A stretch of DNA of 64,000 nucleotides. Source: Eledone cirrhosa (taxonomy: Eukaryota). The position numbers and the translations under genes are program-made. Positions 26,733-41,830 of the stretch are shown here, in pieces (the stretch's first letter is position 1; each line of letters begins with the position of its first letter). The notes under the pieces are model-generated. The model had not been told where the DNA came from, did not search any database, and saw only the letters and a program-made list of their open reading frames with translations. Where the stretch lies: NCBI GenBank assembly GCA_964016885.1, contig OZ024740.1, positions 264,244,001-264,308,000 on the forward strand, given 5' to 3'.

Positions 26733-28267
26733 CAGCTGCATTTATCTTGCTTTATGTTCATACGAGTTATCACCAAGTCACAACCAGTGACCTCAAGAGA
26801 CAACAAGGTCCGCCATGTTCAAGAAAGAACATACATACTCACACATGTATCTTTAGTGTTTAGACTTGTGATGTACTTATATTGACAGAATCTTCCTTAG
26901 TATATGGGCAGTTCCCATTAGTACTATCTTTTGTATTTCTCCTATACGCGGGTTTCCTGGGATTTGCGATAAGTAATCATTAGACCCCTTAGGTATCATT
27001 CCTAGAACCCCTACAACCACTGATATTGTTTTAGATCTCAATTTCCATATTTTTCCAATTTCTATTTCCAGGTCCTTATACTTGCTTAATTTTTCAAATG
27101 TTTTTATACATACATTCTTGTCTATTGGAACGGACATATCAATTAGCAGGCATACCCTCTTTTTAAAGTCCTTCAGTATTATATCAGCTCTATTTGCATG
27201 TATTTTTCGGTCTGTTTGGATACTAAAGTTCCACAAGATTGAGATGTGATCTTTTTCAAGTATGGGAGGTGGTTGATGCTGATCTTGTGTTGATATAATC
27301 AGTCCTTCAGTCTCCGATTTCAGTCCAGTGGATGCCAACCACTGATGGGTTAAAGTTTGGTCAACATCAGGATTGTTAGCTCTTTCTGGGTATTTTCCAT
27401 ACAGAGGCTTTTCTTGCCATTTCTTAGCCAGTTTCTGTAGCAGTTCTTTCTTTGCAGTTACTTTAACTGCTTTGCTTATTCTGTGTTTTCCATTTCAGCA
27501 GTAAATGGGACTTCTGAAATTTGTAGTCCATTACTGTATCTTTGTGCATCTTTTGTAATGGAATATGTTCTTTTGATGCTTTCGTGTTTCAAAACGAGTT
27601 TGATCATCCAATCATGTGATTCCCTTAGATATGTAGATAATCCAATTGTCGCAGTTTTCAACGCAATGTCTAACTGGATTAACCCACATCCTCCTTCTTT
27701 CCTAGGGAGATATATTCTATCTATATCTGCCTTAGGGTGATGCATTCTGTGCATGGTTAAGAATTTTCTAATTTTAGTATCGAGCCTACGGATCTCTGTG
27801 CTTGACCAGTTGATGAGATTGTAACTGTAGGTTACTACTGGTATGGCAAGCGTGTTTATGGCATCGATCCTATTCCTTGCATTCAATTCCGTTCTTAAGA
27901 TTGCTCTTACTCTGCGGTAACATTCCTTCCTTATCCTTTCCCTCATTGTCGAGTGCTTGATTCCGTCTCCTTCACAAACACCTAGATATTTGTAAGTTTT
28001 TTCTTGATCAAGTTCTCTTATCACATTCCCCCGATCAAGATTAATGTCTGAACTCTTCAGCATCTTTCCTCTGGTGAACGTTGCTTTGGCGCATTTATCT
28101 AGTCCAAACTCCATTTTAATGTCATCACTGAACTGCTCCACAGTGGATAATAGCCCTTGCAATTATCATCATTTTTTGCAAATAGTTTCAGGTCATCAAT
28201 GTAGAACAGGTGATTGATGGTTTTGTCATAGACTTTATATCCATGTTTTGTTTCATTGAGCATTTTA

Positions 28268-28268
<1 letters not shown>
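26733..28268 (-). mobile_element. 5'-truncated R4/Dong-like LINE (RT plus restriction-like endonuclease)
   Basis: HLFYIDDLKL, FGLDKCA, YKYLG, RIYLPRKEGGCGL, KSETEG, RADII...IDMSVP, KLSKYKDL; (TAA)n on both flanks. Confidence 0.9.
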
Positions 28269-28305
<37 letters not shown>

Positions 28306-28329
28306 TACATATATATATATATATATTTT

Positions 28330-28836
28330 TTTATGGGTTATGTAATAAACAACATAAGATAATTATTTCATTTACCAGTGGTTTCTTGAAAGCAGATATT
28401 GTATCTGTTTTCAGACGTCCGAATGAAAAGAAAATATGGTGTTTTGTTTATTAAATATGGATTTGAAAACAAAATTCAAGAAATATGAAAGTGAGGCTGA
28501 TGAAAAAGCGGGCGAAGAAGAAGAGGGGAAAAAGAATCAAATATATATATATAAACAATAAATATCCAGAACATAAACATATACACACTCAACCACGCGC
28601 ATATACTTAAAAAGTACGTAGACTTATTTTCACATAAGCGTATATGTGTCTACAGACAGGGACATAGATATACATGAAGTAATAAGAATAAATAAATAAA
28701 GGAATAAGAACAACAAATACAAAGTAAAAAAAAAGGACAAAAGGATACGCGTTGAAAACGACAAGTATGAGGAGGGAGGAAAATAAAAACAACATAAAAA
28801 TAAACAAATACACGAGATTTGCCTATACATAAATAT

Positions 28837-28867
<31 letters not shown>

Positions 28868-28949
28868 CATACACACATACATACACACGCACACACACAC
28901 AAAAGCATGCACAAATACTCATACACACGTATAAAAACACATACACATG

Positions 28950-28987
<38 letters not shown>

Positions 28988-30865
28988 AAAATATAAAATA
29001 AACATACGTACACATCCACATACACATACACATGCGTGCAAAAATACATATATACATACACATACACACGCATAAACACGTATATATAAACATGCATACA
29101 ACCAAATATACAAACACGTCCACATACATACACATAAACCTTACAATAAAGAGCATTGGTTCATAACCTACGTACATACGTACGCACATGCGCGCACACG
29201 CACATAAGAAGAAGTCAACACACGCATACAAACCATACGTATACACAAAAAAAAACATATATACAAAAGCATATATACAATTGCATACAAACAACTATAT
29301 ACGTAAACATATACATATAACCATATATAAATGTAATATAAACATAAATAAACACACAAAAATATATATACACACAAACACATACACACATATAAATATA
29401 TATATATACATACACACATACATATACTTATATATATATACATATATATATATACATACATACATATGTACACATACACACACACACATATATATATATA
29501 TACTCACACATACACACATACATACATACACACATACACACATGCACACACACGCACAAATAAATAATCAAAATACTATAAATGTATGTACACATGAGCC
29601 TGTCTCCATATGGGCCCGCACACAACCCTATATGAGTACATTAAAAACATAGAGGGTAAGTAAGGACAAAATGGGAGTAAAATTGAAATAAAATAATAAA
29701 CATAATTATTAAGAACAGGTAAGGGACAAACATATTGTAAAAGGTTTGCGATGAGATCCAGATAAGAGTATCTGGTTAAAAAGTGAACTGAATAAAGGAT
29801 AATGGTGGTGGGTGCGTATGTGTAAAGGGTAAATTAGAAAGTAGGGGGGATTATAAGTCAACTGAAAAAAATGATAAATAAAATAAAAAAATAAAAATAA
29901 AGAGATATATAGAAGGAGATGAGGGAGAAAAAGTATATATGGGTATGAAGTAAGAGTTTATAAGATAATAAGATTCGTGGTGAGTGGAAGGCGTGATGAG
30001 TAAAGAAGAAACTCAAGGTGGTTGAGTAATCATAGGAATGTGAATCCAGTTAAAAGGTAGATGCGATTTCAGTGGCGGCCAACATCTGAAGATCTCGGTC
30101 TTCGAGTTGAGGCAAGTGGAAGGGGCTTTCAAGGTTTGGAGAATTCTAAATTTTTCCCTGGTGCACAAAGAACATTTCTTTGTGCCCTGTTGGTATTCTC
30201 TTGAATGGTCTAAAATAGACCAATCAATAGTGTACGGAATGTTTTTGTCTTTGAACTCCCACACTTTATTTACAAGCGCCGTTGCTGTTCTTTTTTCAGG
30301 GTGTTTGAAAGAAGCGACATGTGCATAATACCTGGTTTTGAATCTGTCCTGCGTCATGCCAACATATCGTTCACTCCTGGCTTGCTAGTTATTAATCATC
30401 GGTGTCAATTTGGCCTCATACACAATGGATTTAGTATTAAATTTACCCTGTAATGGGCATTCTTCCGGCTTCCTGCAACTGCATCTTGGATTTACTCTCG
30501 TACGATTAGAGTTGGTAATTTTAGTCTGCATTGATGGACAGCAAGAGTAACTGATTTTGACTACATTTCTATTAAATATCTTATTATACCTCTGATTAGG
30601 GGAAATGTTTGTCTAGGAGGTCGAGGAATGTTCCTCCTACATTAGTTTTGACAGTTAGAGAGAAGGCGGTGTAAACCAAATAATTTTTCTTTTCCTGTTA
30701 TTGTGTTTAGTGTTAGGGGGACGAGTAGGTAAATATATAATTTCGGTGAAGCCCCTGTTATTGAGGGCCTTATTATAATAACAGGCTTTGGTAAAAATGT
30801 CTAAAGACGAAGATAAGGTATAAATCCTACGGTTAATGTTAGGAATAATATTTTTAAAGACTATA
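28330..30865 (-). mobile_element. 5'-truncated Hydra-like PLE remnant with long simple-repeat 3' region
   Basis: RKIIWFTPP, IFNRNVVKISYSC, CSCRKPEECPL, YVGMTQDRFKTRY, CSLC, LNSKTE; decayed HHR at its 3' end. Confidence 0.85.
28366..28428 (-). ncRNA. Decayed HHR (core CGGACGT)
   Basis: Helix I TTTCATT/AATGAAA, about 12-bp helix II, GAAA-CCACTGG-TA; two core mismatches. Confidence 0.55.
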
Positions 30866-31040
30866 GGGCTCAAGCAGTTTTGACGGCTATTTCTATTGGA
30901 GTCTAGAAATAACCGTCGAAACGGCTTGAGCTCTGCCGTCGGGATTGAACATTTTCCTGTTACCCACTCTACTGCCCCAAGTATTGTGTACTCTGGTGCG
31001 TTATGGTCTACCTGGTTCCTTACCACACTTCCTTCGTTAT
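30866..31040 (+). repeat. Family G half-HHR cassette
   Basis: GACGGCTATTTCTA...TAGAAATAACCGTC-GAAACGGC-TTGAGCTCT-GCCGTC^GGG. Confidence 0.7.
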
Positions 31041-31714
31041 ATATATATATATATATATTTATGGAAAGGGCAAACAGAAATAACAAAACAATCGACACAG
31101 TACAATTATTCTTAGGTTTACACTTGATATATTGAGAAAAGTATTTAACATTTTAGGCGCTAGTACTTCATTCGAAAATGAGTGAGAAATTAAGGAAGTA
31201 ATGGAAACATTGAAGAGTCGAGAAGGGAGGAAACAGAAGGACAATTTTGAGAGAAAAATAACAGGTCCATTCATGTTGCCATCTCTTGAAAACTGTTGAT
31301 GCTGGCGTTTTGTGTATGATATACTTTTGGAAAAGGTGGTGGTCAACCGCGTCTACCTGAAAATGGATAAAAACTGGTAAGTGTGTTTTTGAAAGATCGA
31401 GCGAGTTTGAAATTAGTAATAGATACTTTCGGTGATTTATTTTACTAAAGATATTTTTATCTTGGAAAAATATGAGTATTGTACGTCAATACTCAACTTC
31501 CATTTCTTAAACGGCTCTGAAGCCCACTATGAGGCTAACAATTTCTTTAGACAATAAATACAACGTAAGCTTCTATTTCTAATAATAAAAAAATATTTTG
31601 TATATAGAGCTGTACGTATACGTGTGTGTGTGTACTGAGCTATGAACGTACATTTTGAGGTGTGTGTGTTTTAATTATTCACACACAAACACACACATAC
31701 ATATTTATATATAT

Positions 31715-33608
31715 ATAAAGGACGAAATTGTAGTTTACTTGAAGCATTGCGTAATGAGGTATACACGTTTGGAGTTAGAAGGCCAAAACAATGCAGGTAT
31801 GGATATAGAATATAAATACAAATGCAAAAGATATTGCTGACAATTAATCTTTTACCTTAAATTTATTTGAATATCCTTAATTTTCGATATAATATCTCTT
31901 CTTCGGAGGAAAGTAAAGGGGATAATCCAATGTTCTAATTAGCTTGCCAAGTCATACTGACCGGAAATGGTAGAGAAATTCCATTCTATTTCTAATGTCA
32001 ACGAGTGAATGTTAGGTGGATAAAGAGTTATCTCCATTTAAAAAGGGGTTTGGACATGTATGTTTAAGTGTGTATGCGAGAATACGTGAAGGTGTAAGCA
32101 TGTGTGTGTGTGTGCGTGTGCGTATGTGAAAGAGGGTACGTGGAGGTGTAATTGTGGTGCTATGTGCTCTATCATGTTAAAAATTGGGTGTTGAGGTCTA
32201 TCATGTTAAAAATTGGGTGTTGCGTTATGTCTATAATCAGTGCTTCTTTAATTCTAAGATTGCCGAAGTTTCTTTCCTTAGCTTTGATCCTAACTATTAT
32301 GTTTTTGTCGGTGTTTTTGCATTTCACTAAGGGTTTCATAAATGAGGAAGCGTTAGTATTGAGGTGTTCTTTTATTCTTATGTGAAGTGGAATGGTGGTG
32401 CTACCTATGAAGAAATTGCTGCATTTGTCGCACTCTAATCTGTATACGACGTAAGCCTGGTGGCATAGGTCTGTATCGTTTATGGGGCAGTTGGCTAGCC
32501 TGCAGCGGCTGTCATGTCTGGTGGAGAGTGTTTTGGTTAGCTGTCCGCGTAGAGAATGTTCTGAGTGGGCTAGCTAGATATCTAGTCCCTCTCGTCTGAT
32601 AGCTCTGCGGATGACTGTTTTTTCGTCACTGAAGAAGGGGACAGTGCCTCGGGTATGGTGTCCTCTGTTGTTTCTGGCACGGTTCACGGTGGACGTCGGG
32701 TATCCGTTCAGTTTAAGTACTTCCAGGAAATGAGTGGTGTGTGTGTCTCGGTCTCTTGCGTCGGTGCATTTGTTCCGGATACGTGTTAGTTCGTTCCTTA
32801 TATATCCGAACTTAGCGCTGGCTGGGAGGGCCGATCTGAAATGTACGAACAGGTCGCTGCTGGCGGCGTTTTTATAGAAGCATGTGTGGGTGTCGCCTTC
32901 CTCTGTTACTCTGAGTTGGAAGTCCAATAGGGATAGGGATCCGCGGTCGTCGGGTGTTCCTTGCTGAGCTTTATACTGGCGTCTATGCTAGAGAATGTCG
33001 TGTATATTTTATCCGATTCTTCTAGTCTACAGACGAGAACTCAACACCCAATTTTTAACATGATAGAGCACCTAGGCCCACACTTATACCTCCACGTACC
33101 CTCTCTAACACACACGCACACTCACACGCAAACACACAAACACACACGCTTACACTTCCACTTATTCTCTCTAAAACACACACATACACACACAAAGACA
33201 GGTTTTAACATGATAGAAGATCTAGCCCCCACATTTACATATAAACATATCCTCTCACACACACACACGCATTCTTACACCTTCACGTATTCTTCCACAC
33301 ACACTTAAACATACATGTCCAAACCCCTCTTTAAAGGGAGACAACACTTTATCCACCTAACCTTCACTCTTTGACAGTAAAAATAGAATGGAATTTCTCT
33401 ACCATTTCCTGTCAGCATGACTTGGCAAGCTAATTAGAAAACTGGATTAACCCCTTTAATTCCCTCCTAAGAAGAGATATTATTTCGAAAATAAACGATA
33501 TTCAAATAAATTTAAGGTAAAAGACTACTTGTCAGCAATATCTTTTGCATTTGTATTTATATTATATATCCAAGACTGCATTGTTTTGGCCTTCTAACTC
33601 AAAACGTT

Positions 33609-33610
<2 letters not shown>
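31715..33610 (-). mobile_element. 5'-truncated PLE (Penelope/Poseidon-like) with inverted pLTR
   Basis: Thumb FYKNAASSDLFVHFRSALP; endonuclease VVYRLECDKC...FIGSTT...RIKEH; 31765-32075 is the reverse complement of 33300-33610. Confidence 0.85.
31874..31910 (-). ncRNA. Minimal HHR-like motif with CCGAAGA (U4C) core
   Basis: TCCT-CCGAAGA-A-GA-GATA/TATC-GAAA-AT-TA^AGGA; same core at 56930-56936 (+). Confidence 0.5.
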
Positions 33611-33642
<32 letters not shown>

Positions 33643-33656
33643 TATATATATATATA

Positions 33657-33708
<52 letters not shown>

Positions 33709-34158
33709 TCAGCGTAACTGCAGTCGGCACTTTGAAGAACAATATGAATATTTTTGTCTATTATTTCCTCATATTTTGTAATTTGATAAATTGCTCTGAT
33801 TATTCTAGTTCTTTCGGTCATCGAGCAAATCTAATTAAGGGGGACGTCACCCACACATACACATATACATATGAATATATATGTATATATGTGTATTTAA
33901 TTATTATATTGTCTCAAACTCCCCTATAGTGGAGCAAACCCGAGAGTGTACTAATTGCTTTTTCTAGCAAATACGATATTCCCTTTCTGTCCATCTTGCT
34001 ACCCGTCTTTTACCACTCTATCATGCATTAATGTCTCCCGCCACCACTTCAAATATTTTCCTTGGTACAAAAGAAACAGTCCTTTGTCCTGAAGTGTGTC
34101 TTGAAAAGCTGCTTTGCCTCACAAAGAAATTACATTTTTATAATGCACACACGCACAA

Positions 34159-34262
<104 letters not shown>

Positions 34263-34496
34263 GTATATATATATACGGGGTAACAAATAATAGTTATATC
34301 CAGTCCCCTTAGGTGTAGTCCAGTCATGGTATTCCGGGTAGTGGATGATATCAACGCTAGGCTTGGTTTGACTCAACAAGGCGTATTCATAGTGATGTTG
34401 CGAGTATGCTGTAATTCCTATGTTGTAAACACTTGGAGTAATAATAAATCAGGAAAGAAGATTGACATGGTTTGCAATACAAAAAGGGTTTTTAAT

Positions 34497-34615
34497 CTCA
34501 TTGCTGACAATTGTTTCTCTGAACTGGTAGGTCTAGAGATCGCAATTCGCTTGTTTTCACGTTATTCGATCGCCAATACAAAAGTATAACCAGTCAGTTC
34601 TTCGGAACATGCGAG
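34497..34615 (-). ncRNA. HHR with CCGAAGA core and extended helix II
   Basis: TGTT-CCGAAGA-A-CTGACTGGT...ACCAGTTCAG-A-GAAA-CAATTG-TC^AGCA; GUC triplet. Confidence 0.65.
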
Positions 34616-34623
34616 AATCATAC

Positions 34624-34715
<92 letters not shown>

Positions 34716-34755
34716 TTTTTTTTTTTTAATTTAATTATTTATTTATATATATATG

Positions 34756-34797
<42 letters not shown>

Positions 34798-34982
34798 GAT
34801 AAATCTACCAAGAGTTTACGGTAGTGTCCAATCCGTATGAAGAACTCAATGTATTCCGGATATCATGGAAAGAAGAGATGTAATGAAAAATCACTTTCGG
34901 TGAAAGATAAACGGTATACAGAGTCAAGATAAAATATTAAACAAATAATGAATAAACAATTCCTTATATTAAACAAAAAAAG

Positions 34983-35137
34983 TTCATTATTTAACGATCG
35001 TTTCTAGGATATATATGTGTTAGAATTGGTATGCATATTCAACAGATCTATGTACAAAATTATACAAAATTATACAAATTATCAAGATTAAATATACATA
35101 CCAAACACATATATACGCCGTCTTCAGAAATAATGAA
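34983..35137 (-). ncRNA. Type I HHR with about 115-nt helix II
   Basis: Mirror of 40812-40966. Confidence 0.85.
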
Positions 35138-35832
35138 GTATATTTATTGATAATAACAACAATTCAAAATTTCAGGTCCGTTTGGGAACAAAAATTGACC
35201 AATGAAAACACAAAGGGTTAAATGCAGTTCGGTGTGTGTATATACATGTAAAACCCTTACACATATTTTACAAAAATGTATGTATAATTTGTATACGCAT
35301 ACTAAAAAGATGGATGCAAATACAAAATTTCAAGGTTAATGTCTCTGTAAATTTATAATGTACAGATAAGATGCGTATTGATACTTATGAAATTAAGTAT
35401 ACAAATATATTTTTTCATACTCACACATATCCGTACAATCACACATACACGCGCGTATATGCATAAATATACACATAACCACGAACATACAAACACACAC
35501 ACACACCCCCACTCACATTTATATATGTGGATATAAAATCATAAGCACATGGATATTAATTCACTCACATAAAACACTGGCACACACATTTTTAGATCAA
35601 GATACAGAAATTAGGTGGGAGGGGGGGGGGAGGGGTCAGTATTCAACGGTCTGAGTAGACTGCCTATTATAGATGTATCTATAAACTAAGAAAAATAAAA
35701 AAATAAAAAAATAAAATATAATAAATAAACATTAAAGAGGAAAGAATAGAAAGAAAAACAGAAAAAAGAAAAAAGAAAAAAGAAAAAAGAAATATATCAA
35801 GAAAATAAATATATATATATATACACATATAT

Positions 35833-35875
<43 letters not shown>

Positions 35876-36075
35876 TATACATATATATAAATATACATAT
35901 ATATACACATAGACACACACACACACACACATAAATATACACACATATACAAACACATACATACATATACACACATTCACACTATGAACATACATACACA
36001 CACATATATAAACATATACATATACACGCATACATACATATACACATATACACACAAATACACATACATATATAT

Positions 36076-36120
<45 letters not shown>

Positions 36121-36400
36121 TATGTGTGTACATACACGTACATATACACACACATATACATATAATCACACATACTATATAGACACAGATATATATAACC
36201 ACACGCATACATGCACATATACAACACTTACATACTAATATACATACAGATATACACATACATAGCTATATATACACACAAATATATACAGACTTACATA
36301 TATACATACAGACAAATACTTACGCATCTATATATCGGTATATACATACAAACACCACTACACTATCACACAACTTAGAAATACAAATAGAAAAACATAT

Positions 36401-36439
<39 letters not shown>

Positions 36440-36465
36440 TATACATATACATATATATATATAAC

Positions 36466-36496
<31 letters not shown>

Positions 36497-36643
36497 CAAA
36501 TACACATACACACACATACAGATATATACACATACATACATGTACACACACATAGAAATATTTACGCATACACACATACACACATACATATAAAGTCATA
36601 CCCACACATACACCTACACGAACATACACATACACATATATAA

Positions 36644-36676
<33 letters not shown>

Positions 36677-36738
36677 ACACATACACACATACACATATAT
36701 ATAAAAAATAAATAATAAAGATATATACATATATATAT

Positions 36739-36772
<34 letters not shown>

Positions 36773-37147
36773 ACATACACCTAAAAATATACATACACAT
36801 ACATACACACATACATAGACATACATGTACATACATACACATACATCGATATACATATATATATATATATACATACATAGACATATACATACAAACACAC
36901 ACAACTTACATACACACATATATATACATGTATATTCATACATAGAATTAGATATATAATCATACATACATATGCATTTACTTATACTCATATATACAAA
37001 TACATACGCATCCATATATGCGTATATACATAAAAAACCACTACAACCTCACCTAACTCAGACATACAAATAAAAATAATAATAAAAAGGCATATGTATA
37101 TACATACACACACGCATTAATAGAGATATATATCTACACATACATAT

Positions 37148-37215
<68 letters not shown>

Positions 37216-37607
37216 ACTCATACATATATATATATATACATATATATACATAGATACCCACACACTCATACCACCATAAATACACATACAAACACCCACG
37301 TATGCATATATATACACACGTATATATATATATATATATATACACACACATAAAAAACAGACATGCACATATATATATATTTTTTTACACTTATATATAC
37401 ACATATTATATACACATACACAACCTCACTTATACACACATACACATAAGTTATATTATAATAATAAAAAATAATATATATATATATATATAACACATAT
37501 ATATATACATATATATACATACATACATATATACATATATATACATATAAACATATACATACATATATACACACATACGAATATAGACATATATTCACAC
37601 GTAGACA

Positions 37608-37661
<54 letters not shown>

Positions 37662-40070
37662 TACACACACATACATATACACAGACACATATACACACTC
37701 ACATATATATGTGTGTGCATACACACATATATATACACACATACACATATATACACATAAACACATATATGTGCATACATGCACACACACACACATATAT
37801 CACATAGATAAGAAGATAGACATATAAATAGAGAGACATACATATATATACAACACACATACACACATACATACACACACATATACATATACATATATAT
37901 ATACATATATATATTCCTATATATACATATATACATATATATACACATATATACACATACATACATATATACGTACACACATTCACATACACATACATAT
38001 ATACATGCATACATACACATATATACATACATACACACACTCATATATACACACACAATCTTACATTCATATTTGCATGCGCATATATGTATTTTTATAT
38101 TTAGATATAAATACCCAAACCTATATATACACCTACCTACATATATATTCATACATACACGCTTACAAATATAGATGATAATAGTATGGGGGAAAGGGGG
38201 GGGGGTGGAGAAGGGGATCAAAGTAAATATATGTTTCAAGAAAGATAGAATATTTTCCGTATCTTTATCCAATGTATGTTTTTTCATAGTTTCAGTGTTA
38301 GGAAATACAACAAACAAGAACTAAGGCAAAATCTATGCATCTCAAGATAAACAAGTATATCATTAATTATATGTTAACTAAACCAAAGATAGTTAACATA
38401 TTGATTTCTAAGGTGTAAATTAGTTAGGTTTATAATATTTGAAGCAGAATTTTGAAGTTAAATAGTAGTAGAGTATTAATTACAGTAAAACTAAATTAAA
38501 GTTAATAACGTTATGGTATCAATATTAGGAAATGAATTTAGTAATAGGGAAAAAAACAAATAAAATAGAGTATTACATCGGTAGTAGAATATAAATTATA
38601 GGTTAACTAAATTAAAAATTATATATTTATTTCTATAGTATATGTTAATTAGGTATACAATACGTAAAGCAGATATTGTATTTCATCAATAGCATAATAT
38701 AATTATATGCAAATAGAAATCAAAATTAATACGCATACATATACATATATATACACATACATATATACATATATATACACACATATATATATATATATAC
38801 ATATATACACACATACATACACACACACATACACATACACATATACATATACATATCTTTTTCAAAAAATTGCATAGAATATATTAACTAGGTATATATC
38901 AAAAACACATCCCATTCTATGATTACATGACATTCTGCAATTCGTCTGTATAAGGATACTAATTTTAAGCAAATTAAAATTAAATTTTTAGGTTGATTAA
39001 AATTAAAACCAAAATTATAAATATATTTCTAAAATGTATATTAATTATGTCTATAATACTAAAAATTATTTCTCTGTCATTGGATACACGATATTATTTT
39101 GTTATATTTTATCTGTAAAAGAATTATAATAAAAGGTTTAAATAAATTAAAATTAATCTATAAATTAAATTACTAAGTATATATTAGTAATATTTAAAGG
39201 TTTTTCACAATTTATGATTACATAATATTTTATATTCTCATCTGTAATAAAATTTTAATTAAATTAAATTTATAGGTTAACTAACATTTAAATTAAATTA
39301 ATTTCTAAAATAATGTTATTAATTAGGTTTATAATATTTAAATGTTTTTTTTAGTTTATGATTACACGATATAATTAATTCCTGTCGTTTATTTAATAAA
39401 ATATCCTTAGACTTCATTATTTCAAATAGTTCTTGGGAACATAATCTACATTCATTTCTATTATTTTGATAAGGGGTGGCTCTTTTGAGCACACTCCAGG
39501 TCAAATCATATTTTATATTCTTATTTTTATAACTATTGATTTTTTCTGCTAGAGATGTTGTATTAGCCAGTGCGGCATTTTTAAAACTATGCTTGTGGGT
39601 ATTAAACCTTGTCTTAAAATTGTTAGAGGTAGCTCCTATATATGAGCAAATAGAATCTTTAGTTTTAACATTACATTTATAGACTATGTTGTTAACAAGA
39701 CAATTCCCTTTTAATGGGCAGTTTGCTTTGTTTCTACAGTTACATCCTTTCGTTAATTCTGTATTTGAGGAGATATTATGGTTAATTTGATGTACTGGTG
39801 GTATACTTATGGTTTTCTTACATTTATATGCATTATATGCACTAATATTTTGTTTTATGTTATTTGTTGTAGAGTATGCGAATTTAACTGTAGACCTATT
39901 TAAGATTTGATGGTATTTGTGGTTTGGCGGGAAGTTTTTCTCAAGGATATAAAAAAATTTTTTAGCAATATTATCCTTAACTTGTAAATTAAAAGGAGCA
40001 TTATACCAAGTAACCCGTCTATTACGGTTTCTATGTTGTTTATTATTTTTATTATTTTTATAGGTTGTAT

Positions 40071-40109
<39 letters not shown>

Positions 40110-40811
40110 ATATATGTGTATATATATATATATTTATTTTCTTGATATATTTCTTTTTTCTTTTTTCTTTTTTCTTTTTTCTGTTTTTCTTTCTATTCTT
40201 TCCTCTTTAATGTTTATTTATTATATTTTATTTTTTTATTTTTTTATTTTTTTTATTTTTCTTAGTTTATAGATACATCTATAATAGGCAGTCTACTCAG
40301 ACCGTTGAATACTGACCCCTCCCCCCCCTCCCACCTAATTTCTGTATCTTGATCTAAAAATGTGTGTGCCAGTGTTTTATGTGAGTGAATTAATATCCAT
40401 GTGCTTATGATTTTATATCCACATATATAAATGTGAGTGGGGGTGTGTGTGTGTGTTTGTATGTTCGTGGTTATGTGTATATTTATGCATATACGCGCGT
40501 GTATGTGTGATTGTACGGATATGTGTGAGTATGAAAAAATATATTTGTATACTTAATTTCATAAGTATCAATACGCATCTTATCTGTACATTATAAATTT
40601 ACAGAGACATTAACCTTGAAATTTTGTATTTGCATCCATCTTTTTAGTATGCGTATACAAATTATACATACATTTTTGTAAAATATGTGTAAGTGTTTTA
40701 CATGTATATACACACACCGAACTGCATTTAACCCTTTGTGTTTTCATTGGTCAATTTTTGTTCCCAAACGGACCTGAAATTTTGAATTGTTGTTATTATC
40801 AATAAATATAC

Positions 40812-40966
40812 TTCATTATTTCTGAAGACGGCGTATATATGTGTTTGGTATGTATATTTAATCTTGATAATTTGTATAATTTTGTATAATTTTGTACATA
40901 GATCTGTTGAATATGCATACCAATTCTAACACATATATATCCTAGAAACGATCGTTAAATAATGAA
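40812..40966 (+). ncRNA. Type I HHR with about 115-nt helix II
   Basis: TTCATTATTT-CTGAAGA(40822-40828)...GAAA(40945-40948)-CGATC-GTT^AAATAATGAA; perfect 10-bp helix I, helix III ACGATCGT. Confidence 0.88.
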
Positions 40967-41011
40967 CTTTTTTTGTTTAATATAAGGAATTGTTTATTCA
41001 TTATTTGTTTA

Positions 41012-41066
<55 letters not shown>

Positions 41067-41102
41067 TTATAAATTTAGCGATAATCATATTTCGGCGGGT
41101 AG

Positions 41103-41208
<106 letters not shown>

Positions 41209-41224
41209 ATATATATATATAAAT

Positions 41225-41815
41225 ATGAATGTATATATAGGGTATTTTGCAATACATTTTATGCTTAATTAAAAGCATTTTGAAGACCATACGCTATTGT
41301 TTTAAAGTAGCGATAATGTCGCTTACTTACATTTTCGGCCGGCAGGGGGAGATAAGTTGACAGCTCGGTTTCGTACATTGTGGTACTTATCAGAACTCAC
41401 TACTCTCCCTGTCTGCTGAAAATTGTGTTTTGGATTCTTATATACATTTCTTATATTCATATATATATATATCGCTATTTCAGAGCACCAATTCTAATTT
41501 TCAATTTCTGCTGGGCCGGCGACCGCTCTGTATAATCAGTTACTGATTGTTACTGGAATTCTATAAGAATCCAACACACATAATTTTCGGCTGGCAGGGA
41601 AAGTAAGGAGTTCTGCCAAGTACCAAAAAGTACGTAACCGAGCTGTCAACTTACCACCCCCTGTCTGCCGAAAATTTAAGTAAACGACAATGTCGCTACT
41701 TTAAAACAATAGTGTATGGTCTTCAAAATTATTTTAATTAATCATACAGTGTATTGCAAAATACACTATATATACATGCATATATATATCGCTATTTGAG
41801 AGCACCAATTCTAAT
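41225..41815. repeat. Inverted dimer of the about 318-bp HHR unit family
   Basis: 41225-41440 is the reverse complement of 41565-41780; minus HHR 41355-41397 AGTT-CTGATAA-GTAC/GTAC-GAAA...GTC^AACT. Confidence 0.8.
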
Positions 41816-41830
41816 TTATATATATATATA

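Larger units (their letters stand above)
34800..41020 (-). mobile_element. 5'-truncated Hydra-like PLE with about 4.3 kb 3' region and about 940-bp inverted pLTR
   Basis: Endonuclease fragment 39319-40030 (CNCRNKANCPL, YIGATSNNFKTRFN, CRLC, LNKRQE); 34929-35868 is nearly the exact reverse complement of 40072-41020. Confidence 0.9.
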
